Shown here piece by piece: positions 55,032-64,000 of a stretch of 64,000 bases of DNA (its first letter is position 1; every line of letters starts with the position of its first letter). Made by a program: the position numbers and the translations under genes. The notes under the pieces were generated by a model. It saw only the letters and a program-made list of their open reading frames with translations. It searched no databases and was not told where the DNA came from. The stretch is from Candidatus Kapaibacterium sp. (GTDB taxonomy: Bacteria; Bacteroidota; Ignavibacteria; Kapaibacteriales; UBA2268), in contig JAPLFL010000103.1 in assembly GCA_026390695.1 (NCBI GenBank), forward strand, positions 8,963-72,962, read 5' to 3'.

Positions 55032-58000
55032 ATGTGGTTAACCAGATTAGCATTAAAATACCCGATAACAACATTGATGGCTGCAATGGCAGTGTTTGTC
55101 TTAGGTTTCGTATCGTTTTATCAACTGCCAATTGATATGCTGCCCAATCTTCAAATTCCAGTTGTGACGGTCATCACATTCAACAATGGCGCAGGTCCTA
55201 TTGATATGGAACAAACTGTCACCGTTCCCATAGAAAGGGCGGTCAGCTCTACAAATGATGTAGATTATGTACAATCAGCCACACGTGAAGGGCTGTCCCA
55301 AGTCAGAGTATTTTTTAATTGGGATGCCAATACAAGCACAGGTCTTATTGACGTTATTCAAAAAGTTAATCGTGTATTTAATTTATTACCACCGACTGCA
55401 TCGCAGCCATTGGTGCTCCGTTTCGATATAACTAACATGCCGGTCGGAATTGTTGCTCTTAGCGGAGATTTAGACGAAAAAGCGCTTTATGATTTAGCTT
55501 ACAATGTTATTGAACCGCAATTGGAGCATGTTCCCGGAGTTGCATTTGCACAGGTTGTTGGTGGAAAAATCAGGGAAATACAGGTACGAGTTGATAGAAA
55601 TAGAATTGATGCAACCGGACTGACGCTCTCACAGGTGATGAATGCAGTGAGCTCATCAAATTTGATAGTACCCTCAGGAGACATAAAATCAGGTGTAATG
55701 GATTATTCTCTTCGCACTGAAAGCCGTTTTAATATGGTTGAACCCTTAGGTGATGTTGTAATAAAAACTATTAATAATATTCCGATCCGTATTCGTGATG
55801 TAGCCCGTGTTGAAGATTCATTTCAGGAGCAATCGGAAATTATCAGGCATAATGGAAAACCCGGAGTCATTCTGCGTGTTCAGAAAACATCGGGAGCAAA
55901 TACCGTGAGTGTGGTTAATGCGGTCGTAAAAGCATTAACAAATTTAAAAGATGTTCCTCCTTCTATTAAAGCATCATTAGGCTCTGACCAAAGTCTTTAT
56001 ATAAAGCAGTCCATCAGCGGACTTCAGCAGGAGGCAATGTTAGGTGCTTTTCTTGCGATGATAATTATCATATTATTTCTCAGGAATACTCGAAGTGCAA
56101 TAATTATTTTTGTTGCAATACCACTTTCGATATTAGCTACTTTTATATTTTTCAGATTTTCCGGCACATCCCTCAATATAATGACATTCGGTGGCTTGGC
56201 GCTTGGAATCGGGCGTTTGGTTGATGATTCGATCGTTGAACTTGAAGCAATTCTTCGTCATTATAATACAATGGGAAGAGATCGAATATCTAAGATGCAA
56301 GCCACATTGGATGCTGCAAGAGAGGTTGCTTCACCAATATTTATTTCTACATTGACCACTGTTATAGTTTTTCTTCCGGTCGTATTTTTAACAGGAATTG
56401 CTCAGTTGTTGTTTGTACCACTTGTAACAACGATTTCGGTTGCACTGTTCGGCTCATTCTTTGTTTCGAGAACTGTAACGCCGCTTATGTGCTATAAATA
56501 TCTTAATCCTGAACGTGAAATAGAAGCTAATTCAGATAAATTTTCTCACAGAATTCAATATCGTGCAAAACTGATGCTTGATTGGATTGATAATAATTAT
56601 GAATCCGTATTAAAATCAGCTCTCAGACACAGAAAACTTGTAATTTTCAGTATTCTAATATTTTCCTTTTTATCATTCGGTTTGTTTAAGTTTATTGGCA
56701 GTGAATTCTTTCCTGATACCGATGAGAGCCAGTTTACAGTAATAATAAAAAAGCCGGTCGGCACCAGAATTGAAGAAACAATAAAATTTGTAGAAAAAGT
56801 AGAAGCAATAATAAAGCAAGAAGTACCTGAATTAGTAACCATGGTTTCCGATGTAGGCGTACCCAATGCCAAAAGCGGAAATCTGTTCGGACAAAATTCC
56901 GGAAGTCATGCTTCAAATATTGCTGTTTCTGTTGTTCCACCGGATGAAAGAAGCAGAACAATTTTTGAAATAATAAAAAAGTTAAGACCAAAGCTTATTA
57001 GTCTGCCCGGAGCGCAGGTTTTCGTTAATACCGGAGGATTTTTAAAATTCTTGTTAAATTTCGGATCATCCGCTCCTATTGATATTGTAGTAAGTGGTCA
57101 CGATTTCGTAAAGTCTGATCCATTAATCAGGCAGATTGCTGATTCTGTAAAAACCGTCAACGGAGCAACAGATGTGCAAATAACAAGAGAACTTAATTTA
57201 CCCGAACTGTTAGTTTCAATTGACAGAGTGAAGGCTGGGGCTGCCGGAGTAAGTATCCAGCAGATCTCAAATACAATTGCAACCGCGATCAGTGGCTCGG
57301 TCGTGTCGTATTTCATTGATCCTAATACTGGCAATCAATATAATATGCTCGTAAGAATGCAAGAAGATTATCGTAATAAAACCGATGATATTAAAAACCT
57401 GAGTGTGGCTAATTCTGCGGGACAGCTTATCAAACTCAGAGACCTCATTAATTTGAAATTTTCAAAATCTCCTATTCAGATTGATAGAAAATATCAAATG
57501 CGAATAGCTGAGGTAACTGGAAATGTGACCGGACGTGATTTAGGCTCCGTTGTTAATGATATTAAAACAAAAGTAGCTGGAATTAGCGTCCCAAGCGGAT
57601 TTCAGGTTAGTATTAGTGGAAATATCGAGCAACAACAAAAAACATTCAGTGGATTATTTCTCGCCCTGTTACTCGCCATAGTGCTGGTTTATATGGTCAT
57701 GGCATCACAATTCCAATCGTTACTTGATCCGTTTATCATCATGTTCACAGTTCTATTAGGCGTTGTTGGGGTGCTGTGGGCGCTGTTTATTACAGATACA
57801 ACATTATCCGTAACTTCATTTGAGGGTGTTATTGTAATGATAGGTATTGTTGTTTCAAATGGAATTTTAATGGTTGACTATACAAATCGTTTGAGAAAAA
57901 CAACTGGACTTGAACTGAATGAAGCAGTTATAAAAGCCTCAAAAACACGGCTTAAACCGATTTTAATGACTAGTTTGGCTACTGTATTAGGCTTGATCCC

Positions 58001-58175
58001 CATTGCTTTGTCTATTGGGGGAGAAACGTCTCAGGCTCCACTTGCAATTGCTGTGATCGGTGGACTTACAGCATCAACTTTTTTAACTTTGCTGTTTGTT
58101 CCTTGTTTATACACTGTGTTTGAAACAAAATTTAACAAAAAAATAAAAGAAGATGATAAAATCGATGAACTATAA
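55032..58175 (+). CDS. RND efflux permease (AcrB/CusA superfamily)
   Basis: LPIDMLP, GRLVDDSIVELE, FFPDTDE, VVSNGILMVD and RLKPILMT. Confidence 0.95.
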   Translation: MWLTRLALKYPITTLMAAMAVFVLGFVSFYQLPIDMLPNLQIPVVTVITFNNGAGPIDMEQTVTVPIERAVSSTNDVDYVQSATREGLSQVRVFFNWDANTSTGLIDVIQKVNRVFNLLPPTASQPLVLRFDITNMPVGIVALSGDLDEKALYDLAYNVIEPQLEHVPGVAFAQVVGGKIREIQVRVDRNRIDATGLTLSQVMNAVSSSNLIVPSGDIKSGVMDYSLRTESRFNMVEPLGDVVIKTINNIPIRIRDVARVEDSFQEQSEIIRHNGKPGVILRVQKTSGANTVSVVNAVVKALTNLKDVPPSIKASLGSDQSLYIKQSISGLQQEAMLGAFLAMIIIILFLRNTRSAIIIFVAIPLSILATFIFFRFSGTSLNIMTFGGLALGIGRLVDDSIVELEAILRHYNTMGRDRISKMQATLDAAREVASPIFISTLTTVIVFLPVVFLTGIAQLLFVPLVTTISVALFGSFFVSRTVTPLMCYKYLNPEREIEANSDKFSHRIQYRAKLMLDWIDNNYESVLKSALRHRKLVIFSILIFSFLSFGLFKFIGSEFFPDTDESQFTVIIKKPVGTRIEETIKFVEKVEAIIKQEVPELVTMVSDVGVPNAKSGNLFGQNSGSHASNIAVSVVPPDERSRTIFEIIKKLRPKLISLPGAQVFVNTGGFLKFLLNFGSSAPIDIVVSGHDFVKSDPLIRQIADSVKTVNGATDVQITRELNLPELLVSIDRVKAGAAGVSIQQISNTIATAISGSVVSYFIDPNTGNQYNMLVRMQEDYRNKTDDIKNLSVANSAGQLIKLRDLINLKFSKSPIQIDRKYQMRIAEVTGNVTGRDLGSVVNDIKTKVAGISVPSGFQVSISGNIEQQQKTFSGLFLALLLAIVLVYMVMASQFQSLLDPFIIMFTVLLGVVGVLWALFITDTTLSVTSFEGVIVMIGIVVSNGILMVDYTNRLRKTTGLELNEAVIKASKTRLKPILMTSLATVLGLIPIALSIGGETSQAPLAIAVIGGLTASTFLTLLFVPCLYTVFETKFNKKIKEDDKIDEL

Positions 58176-59439
58176 AATCATAATTGCTGCGTTATTTATT
58201 TTTACTTTATTTCAATTTATCAAAGCAGAGAATTCTGATACATTAACAGTAGAGAACTGTCTGCAGATCGCACTTTTAAAAAATCCATCAATGAAAATAT
58301 CTGAAGGTATTTATAATTTAACTGAAGCATCATATAAATTGACAAAATCAGGACTATTGCCACAGATCTCATTTCAGAGCAGTTGGACAGATAATTATAA
58401 TATGATTTTCGGAAAATCTAAGATTCCGGGAAGTCTTGAAAATTATACTTTCGGCTTTCAGGCGACACAATCTATTTTTGATTATAGTAAATATCAAAAA
58501 TTATCTTCCGGAAAAGATTTGTTATCAGCAGCCGATCAAGACAGACTGACTGCGACTCAGAATCTTATTATGTCTGTTTATATTGCTTATTATAATTATT
58601 TGCAGTCAAAACGTCAGATTGATGTTGCTAATGAAGTCAATCAACAGGCTCAGGAGCATCTGAGGCAGGCACAAGGGCTATTTACCGTTGGAAAAACATC
58701 GAAATATGATTTGTTAAAAGCTCAGACTGATTTATCGAACACAGAATTAAATAAAATAACGGCTCTGAATTCTCTATCAATAGCAAAAGTACAATTGGAA
58801 AATGTTTTAAATGATAAATTATCTGAGGGATTTAATCTAAAGGATAATCTCGAAAGTATCGAAGATAATATGACATTGGCTTCTGCACTCGATGTTGCAA
58901 GAAAATCACGACCTGAAATAATTTCAAGTAATTTCATTGTTGATGCAAATAGAACAAATCTTAATGCAGCTTGGTCAGCTAATTTACCTGCTTTGAATGC
59001 CAGTGGTGGCTATAACTGGAAGAGTCTTACATTTTCAGGGCCATTCCCAAATACTTGGAATATTGGTCTGACTCTGTCCCTGCCGCTTTTCCAAGGATTT
59101 GGAATAGAGTCCATGGTAGATCAGGCTTCAGCAAATTTGAAAATTGCAGAAGCTACAAACAATGCTTTGGTTAACTCAATCTATCTTGAAGTGCAGCAGC
59201 AGTATTTTATATTAAATCAAAACAGACAAAAAATCATTGCAACCAAAAATTTGCTAACCCAAGCCGAAGAAACTATGAAAATTGCTGAAGGTAGATTCAG
59301 TGAGGGTATTGGAAGTCCTCTTGAGATTACCGATGCGCGTGTTTTACTATTTTCTGCAAAAACTTCTTTTATTCAAACTCTTTATGATTATCAAATATCA
59401 AAAATCCGTTTAAAACGATCTGTCGGTGCGCTAAAATAA
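58153..59439 (+). CDS. TolC-family outer membrane efflux protein
   Basis: LTVENCLQIALLKNP and repeated TolC helical segments; last gene of the RND operon. Confidence 0.9.
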   Translation: MIKSMNYKIIIAALFIFTLFQFIKAENSDTLTVENCLQIALLKNPSMKISEGIYNLTEASYKLTKSGLLPQISFQSSWTDNYNMIFGKSKIPGSLENYTFGFQATQSIFDYSKYQKLSSGKDLLSAADQDRLTATQNLIMSVYIAYYNYLQSKRQIDVANEVNQQAQEHLRQAQGLFTVGKTSKYDLLKAQTDLSNTELNKITALNSLSIAKVQLENVLNDKLSEGFNLKDNLESIEDNMTLASALDVARKSRPEIISSNFIVDANRTNLNAAWSANLPALNASGGYNWKSLTFSGPFPNTWNIGLTLSLPLFQGFGIESMVDQASANLKIAEATNNALVNSIYLEVQQQYFILNQNRQKIIATKNLLTQAEETMKIAEGRFSEGIGSPLEITDARVLLFSAKTSFIQTLYDYQISKIRLKRSVGALK

Positions 59440-59592
59440 TTTTTTAACTTTTACAATAAATAAAAATCAATCTCGTTTTCCTAAAAAGTTAATAAATCAA
59501 ATTGCTTATATATCTTTCTACATTGTTTCATTAATAGAGTCATTTTACGGAAATATCTACTTTTTTGTAGTTCTAATTTTTGGGATTTTCGT

Positions 59593-62500
59593 ATGATTAA
59601 GAGCATTTCAATAGCCAAAAAGTTAATGGCATTAGTATTTATTTGTTTAAATTTAATGCTGATTTCTTCGTATTCTTTTGCAAAAAATGATATAATATCT
59701 GTTATTAGCAGCAATAGTAGCGAACTTATTATAAAATATAAAATTGAAAATTATAGCTTTGACCCAGTCACTCTTAGTGATGGATCCATTGCATACCGAC
59801 CAAGAATCGAAGGAACCGTTTTTTCTGGTAAGGATAAAGGAAGTCCTGATTTCTGTTCGATTATTAATAGCATCGTAGTTCCCACAGAAAGCGGATTTTC
59901 AATTTCCGAAATTAAAATTATTTCGCAAGATCGTAAAGAAATGATGATTGCACCCGTTCCACAGATTTCGGTCAGAAATAGTAATGTTGATCCAATTTTT
60001 ACAATTGATAGAATTAAATATCAAAATTCCAAGCTACCCGAATTTGTTCAATTAAATTATGCAGGATTAGCCGGATCCAATCATATTGCTCGACTTGTCA
60101 TTAATAGTGCTGCTTATGATTACTCAACAAATTCAATAATTATTCCAACCGAAATATTAATCAAAATAAAATTTAAAATTCCTTTCGGAACCAAGACTAA
60201 TGCTAATATACAGCCGTCAATGCTTGATAACGCTGTTTTAAATACATCACAAATATCTAATTGGGCTGTGAATTTGCAGCCTGATAAAAGGAATACCGGA
60301 ACACCCAAAACCCAGAATAATCTTCAAAGTACAGATAAAAACTGTGTTAAAATGGCTGTAGCTAACGAAGGTATTTACAAAGTGACTTCTGATCAGCTTG
60401 CATCTTTAGGAGTTAAAATATCTCAATCTGATATTGCTAAAATAAAAGTTTATGGAAGATATGGAAATAACCTCAGTGAGTCTGTAATTGAAGGTAATAA
60501 AAGCATTTTAAACGAACAAGATATTATTGTAAAAACTAAGCCTAACGGCGATCTTGATGAAATCATTTTCTACGGAGCTCCTGCTTACGGATTCATTATG
60601 AGCAAGGATGGGCCAAGGCACTATCTGAGCGATTATTCATGGAAAAATTATTATATATTAAACTGGAGCGGTGATATTGGGAAGAGGGCTGTAGCTATTG
60701 ATCCACCAACGGAACCTGTTATTGCAAGACCTAATTCCTATATTGCAAATATTTTTTATCAGGAGCAATTTTACAATGCTTTCACTTACCCCGCCTCAGG
60801 AAGATTTTGGTTTGGCAGAGAGAGTTTCCCTGCTGTGATAGATACTCTGCTGCCAAATATTGACCGTTCAAATAAAATTAAATTCAAATTCTCCTTAGCA
60901 CATCGTTCAAATAATAGCGGAAATTTCTCTGTAAATATTAATACGATCAATATTGGTAATTTTCCAATAAGTGGCACCAGTTCTGATGCGTTTTGTATTG
61001 AACAAGAAGCTGCATCACTTGGAACAAGCATTACTCCTGACGAGCATTGCACAATAAATATTAATTACTCAAATTTAAATAAAAGTTCTATTCCATATTT
61101 TAATTGGTATGAAATCCAGTATAGACGTAGCTTTGTGCCTATTTCAGATGAATTGGAGTTCTTTGCTGAAAAAGCAAATCAGGGAATTAATGAATTTACA
61201 ATTACACCTTTTAAAAATAGTGAAATTTATGGATATGATGTTAGCGATCCTTCAAATCCAAAACTCTTAAAAAATGCTGCCAGTACAGGTGGAATGTACA
61301 TTTTAAAATCAAAAATTGATTCTAATGTAAATTCAAGATTTTTCATAGGCGCAAAATTCCATCAACCGACACTTGCAAAAATTGAATTTGCCGGATTGAG
61401 AAGTATCACTGATGGTGCAGACCTGATCGTAATAGCAGCTCCTGAATTTATTGAATCAGTAAAAAAATATGCCGCATATCGTAGTCAAAAATCTGGAATC
61501 AAAGTCATAGTTGTTACAACAGAACAAATTTATAATGAATTTTCATATACAATCGCAGATCCTACGGCATATCGTGATTTTATAGCATTTGCATATAGAA
61601 ACTGGGCACTAAAGCCACGATATGTGCTTTTGTGGGGTGATGGCCATTATGATTATAAAAATATAACAACAACAGCTACCCGGAATTATGTTCTTCCTTA
61701 CGAAACAAAATCTGAGGTTGATTCATTCGACCAGATTGATTCATACACTACTGATGACTATTTCGGAAGAATTGTCGGAGAGGATCTAATCCCTGATTTA
61801 GCTATCGGCAGAATCACTGCGGATTCTCCAGAAATCAGCGATTGGATGGCTGAAAAAATTAAGAATTATGAAACTAACTCATCACGTGATATCTGGCGCT
61901 GTAGGGCTACCTTATTAGCTGATGATAGCCAGGCAGGAAATAATGGCAATGGGATTGATCACGATGGTGCTGCTCACACTAATGGCTCGGAATATATCTC
62001 TCTGAATTGCATTCCTGATTTTATCCTCCAAAAGAAAATTTATCTTGTTGAATATCCAACTGAAAATGTTCCCGGTGGACGCCGCAAACCACGTGTTAAT
62101 CAGGAAATGATTTCGACAATCAACAATGAAGGAACATTGTTATTAAGCTGGTTTGGTCACGGTAATCCACGAGTTTGGGCACATGAGGAGATTTTAGAGC
62201 GTGGTAATGATATTCCACAAATGGTAAATTCAGATAAATATTATTTTTGTACTGCCGCTACTTGTGATTATGCTCGTTTTGATTATCCCGATGGCCTCAG
62301 AAGCGGAGCTGAAGAAATGCTACTTTCAAAAAGAGGTGGTGCCATCGGTTTACTTTCAACAACCCGATCTGTGTATATTCAAGGAAATGAAGCTATAACA
62401 GCGTCATTTTATTCTAACCTATTTCAACAGAATAGCCTCAGTGGCGATTATTCGGCATTGGGTGATGTCTTGTTCAAGGTGAAGTTGAATAATACTTCCG

Positions 62501-63639
62501 ACAATGATCAAAAATACTATCTGCTCGGAGATCCGACGATGTATCTTAATTACCCTAAGCAAAATATTGTGATTGATAAAATAAATTCGATTGATTTGGC
62601 AAATTATAAAGACACTCTGCATTTGAAAGCTATGCAGGAAATCAGCCTTGAAGGTCGAGTTCTGATGAATAAATCAATTGATACGAGTTTTAATGGAAAT
62701 GCAGTTATTACAATGCTTGATGGAGATGATTTTGTTGTTGCCATTGATGTTGATGGTTCAGAACATAATATCGATCATTTTGGCGGAATACTGAACAGGA
62801 GCAACTGTACGGTTGTTAATGGCAATTTTAAAACAAAATTTATTATTCCAAAGGATATTAGTTTTTCTCATAATTTAGGAAGATTATACGTCTATTCTAA
62901 TTCAAACGATAATCGATACGCCAAAAGTTCACTTAGAAAGTTTATCATTGATAGTGCATTAATCCTAACAGGAATTGGTGATATTGAAGGACCGGAAATT
63001 AAGTTATATCTTGATTCAAGAGAATTTCAACAGGGAAATGTTGTTCGGGCAGTTCCTTTGCTAATTGCGGATATAACCGACAAGTCAGGGATCAATACTA
63101 CCGGAAGCGGCATAGGACATAATATTGAAGCTTGGGTCGATGATGAAATTAATTCGATTGATTTAACCAACAGCTTTGAAACTTCATCAAATATTTTTGG
63201 TGGTGGAACCGCTCAGGGACTTTTGTATAAGCTGACACCCGGCATACATAAGGTTAAAGTTAGAGCATGGGATGTGTTTAACAATTTTTCAACGGCATCT
63301 ACATATTTTCAAATTTTACCTTCGGATAATGGAATATATATTTACAATTTGTTAAATTATCCAAATCCTATATTGAACGGTTCGAGCACAAGCATCAAAT
63401 TTTATCATAATGTTTCACCTCCTGTGGATTTGACACTCAAGATTTATAGCACGGATGGTAATTTAGTAAGATCGATTGATGAAAAAATAAATTCTCCTTT
63501 TGTGGGTGAAATTGTCTTTGATGGCTATGATAATGGATTTAATATTATTTCTGACGGTAATTATCTTTATGAAGTTATATTGACCGATATAAAGGGGAAC
63601 AGAGCTGTTAAGGGTGGAATCATGACTTATTTGAAATAG
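59593..63639 (+). CDS. porU: Type IX secretion sortase PorU (C25 peptidase)
   Basis: GIYKVT, IYNEFS, PRYVLLWGDG, DLAIGR, FGHG (His), TCDYARFD (Cys), LLGDP and a C-terminal NYPNP domain; followed by porV. Confidence 0.9.
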   Translation: MIKSISIAKKLMALVFICLNLMLISSYSFAKNDIISVISSNSSELIIKYKIENYSFDPVTLSDGSIAYRPRIEGTVFSGKDKGSPDFCSIINSIVVPTESGFSISEIKIISQDRKEMMIAPVPQISVRNSNVDPIFTIDRIKYQNSKLPEFVQLNYAGLAGSNHIARLVINSAAYDYSTNSIIIPTEILIKIKFKIPFGTKTNANIQPSMLDNAVLNTSQISNWAVNLQPDKRNTGTPKTQNNLQSTDKNCVKMAVANEGIYKVTSDQLASLGVKISQSDIAKIKVYGRYGNNLSESVIEGNKSILNEQDIIVKTKPNGDLDEIIFYGAPAYGFIMSKDGPRHYLSDYSWKNYYILNWSGDIGKRAVAIDPPTEPVIARPNSYIANIFYQEQFYNAFTYPASGRFWFGRESFPAVIDTLLPNIDRSNKIKFKFSLAHRSNNSGNFSVNINTINIGNFPISGTSSDAFCIEQEAASLGTSITPDEHCTININYSNLNKSSIPYFNWYEIQYRRSFVPISDELEFFAEKANQGINEFTITPFKNSEIYGYDVSDPSNPKLLKNAASTGGMYILKSKIDSNVNSRFFIGAKFHQPTLAKIEFAGLRSITDGADLIVIAAPEFIESVKKYAAYRSQKSGIKVIVVTTEQIYNEFSYTIADPTAYRDFIAFAYRNWALKPRYVLLWGDGHYDYKNITTTATRNYVLPYETKSEVDSFDQIDSYTTDDYFGRIVGEDLIPDLAIGRITADSPEISDWMAEKIKNYETNSSRDIWRCRATLLADDSQAGNNGNGIDHDGAAHTNGSEYISLNCIPDFILQKKIYLVEYPTENVPGGRRKPRVNQEMISTINNEGTLLLSWFGHGNPRVWAHEEILERGNDIPQMVNSDKYYFCTAATCDYARFDYPDGLRSGAEEMLLSKRGGAIGLLSTTRSVYIQGNEAITASFYSNLFQQNSLSGDYSALGDVLFKVKLNNTSDNDQKYYLLGDPTMYLNYPKQNIVIDKINSIDLANYKDTLHLKAMQEISLEGRVLMNKSIDTSFNGNAVITMLDGDDFVVAIDVDGSEHNIDHFGGILNRSNCTVVNGNFKTKFIIPKDISFSHNLGRLYVYSNSNDNRYAKSSLRKFIIDSALILTGIGDIEGPEIKLYLDSREFQQGNVVRAVPLLIADITDKSGINTTGSGIGHNIEAWVDDEINSIDLTNSFETSSNIFGGGTAQGLLYKLTPGIHKVKVRAWDVFNNFSTASTYFQILPSDNGIYIYNLLNYPNPILNGSSTSIKFYHNVSPPVDLTLKIYSTDGNLVRSIDEKINSPFVGEIVFDGYDNGFNIISDGNYLYEVILTDIKGNRAVKGGIMTYLK

Positions 63640-63884
63640 AATAATAATGTAAACGTTTATCATTAATTATAGGATGAAAATTCAACATTATAATTTATAT
63701 TTTTGAATACAAGTCATTTTGTTTATATTTGTAATTTTCGAATAATTAGTGATGCTCGAAGATATTAGGAAATTCAAACAATTTTAATGAAATAAAATAC
63801 AGTAAGACAGAATTTTTATTAAAGGAAAGGCAGATACGGAGAATTATTACTCTGTTTCGATTTGTTTAAAAAAAGGGTTAAAAA

Positions 63885-64000
63885 ATGAATAAACTAACAA
63901 GAATCAGTTCCGTTGCGATACTGCTTATTTTATTAACAATTACTCTAAATGCCCAAGGTGGCGGAGCTGGAGTACCTTTCCTTAGGATTTCTCCTGATGC
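63885..64000 (+). CDS. porV: PorV-family T9SS outer membrane protein, truncated by the window end
   Basis: Signal peptide, then AGVPFLRISPDA, matching the PorV N-terminal motif; directly after porU. Confidence 0.8.
   Translation, partial: MNKLTRISSVAILLILLTITLNAQGGGAGVPFLRISPD

Noticed and set aside
456-63663. Numerous 60-170 aa ORFs antisense to or nested in well-supported genes
   Set aside because: Shadow ORFs with no motifs, fully overlapping confident CDSs.
53902-64000. Functional link between the RND operon and porU-porV
   Set aside because: Adjacency only; both are ordinary, well-known systems.

Overview
AT-rich bacterial window from the FCB superphylum. PorU/PorV type IX secretion genes, a Fib_succ_major protein and a Chlorobi-like tmRNA tag point to Ignavibacteria/Ca. 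Kapabacteria-like lineages (inference). Layout: (1) 1-5105, a small integrative element at the tmRNA 3' end, with integrase, excisionase-like HTHs, an iteron-type origin and two terminase-small-subunit-like genes but no capsid genes (PICI/phage-satellite-like). (2) 5.7-19 kb, secreted and surface proteins plus an ammonia-lyase with an Ala-Cys-Gly rather than Ala-Ser-Gly cofactor tripeptide. (3) Tyrosine catabolism genes: hppD-hmgA at 19.7-22.1 kb, then a frameshifted fahA, a flavin reductase and an acetoacetyl-CoA synthetase at 40-45 kb. (4) Between them, an arsenic/metal/thiol-redox cluster with two near-identical arsR genes, interrupted by a DUF559 endonuclease cassette flanked by two 84-bp hairpins. 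(5) 45-64 kb, tRNA-Phe, MATE, rsmG, cdd, speA, an RND efflux operon, porU and the start of porV. About nine loci carry a nested family of ATTCCYGC-N4-GCRGGAAT palindromes and MITE-like ends. One sits in frame inside the acetoacetyl-CoA synthetase and another supplies its stop codon. A foldback of two opposed 21-bp arrays lies at 13.4-13.9 kb. All protein calls come from motif recognition only; no database search was run.
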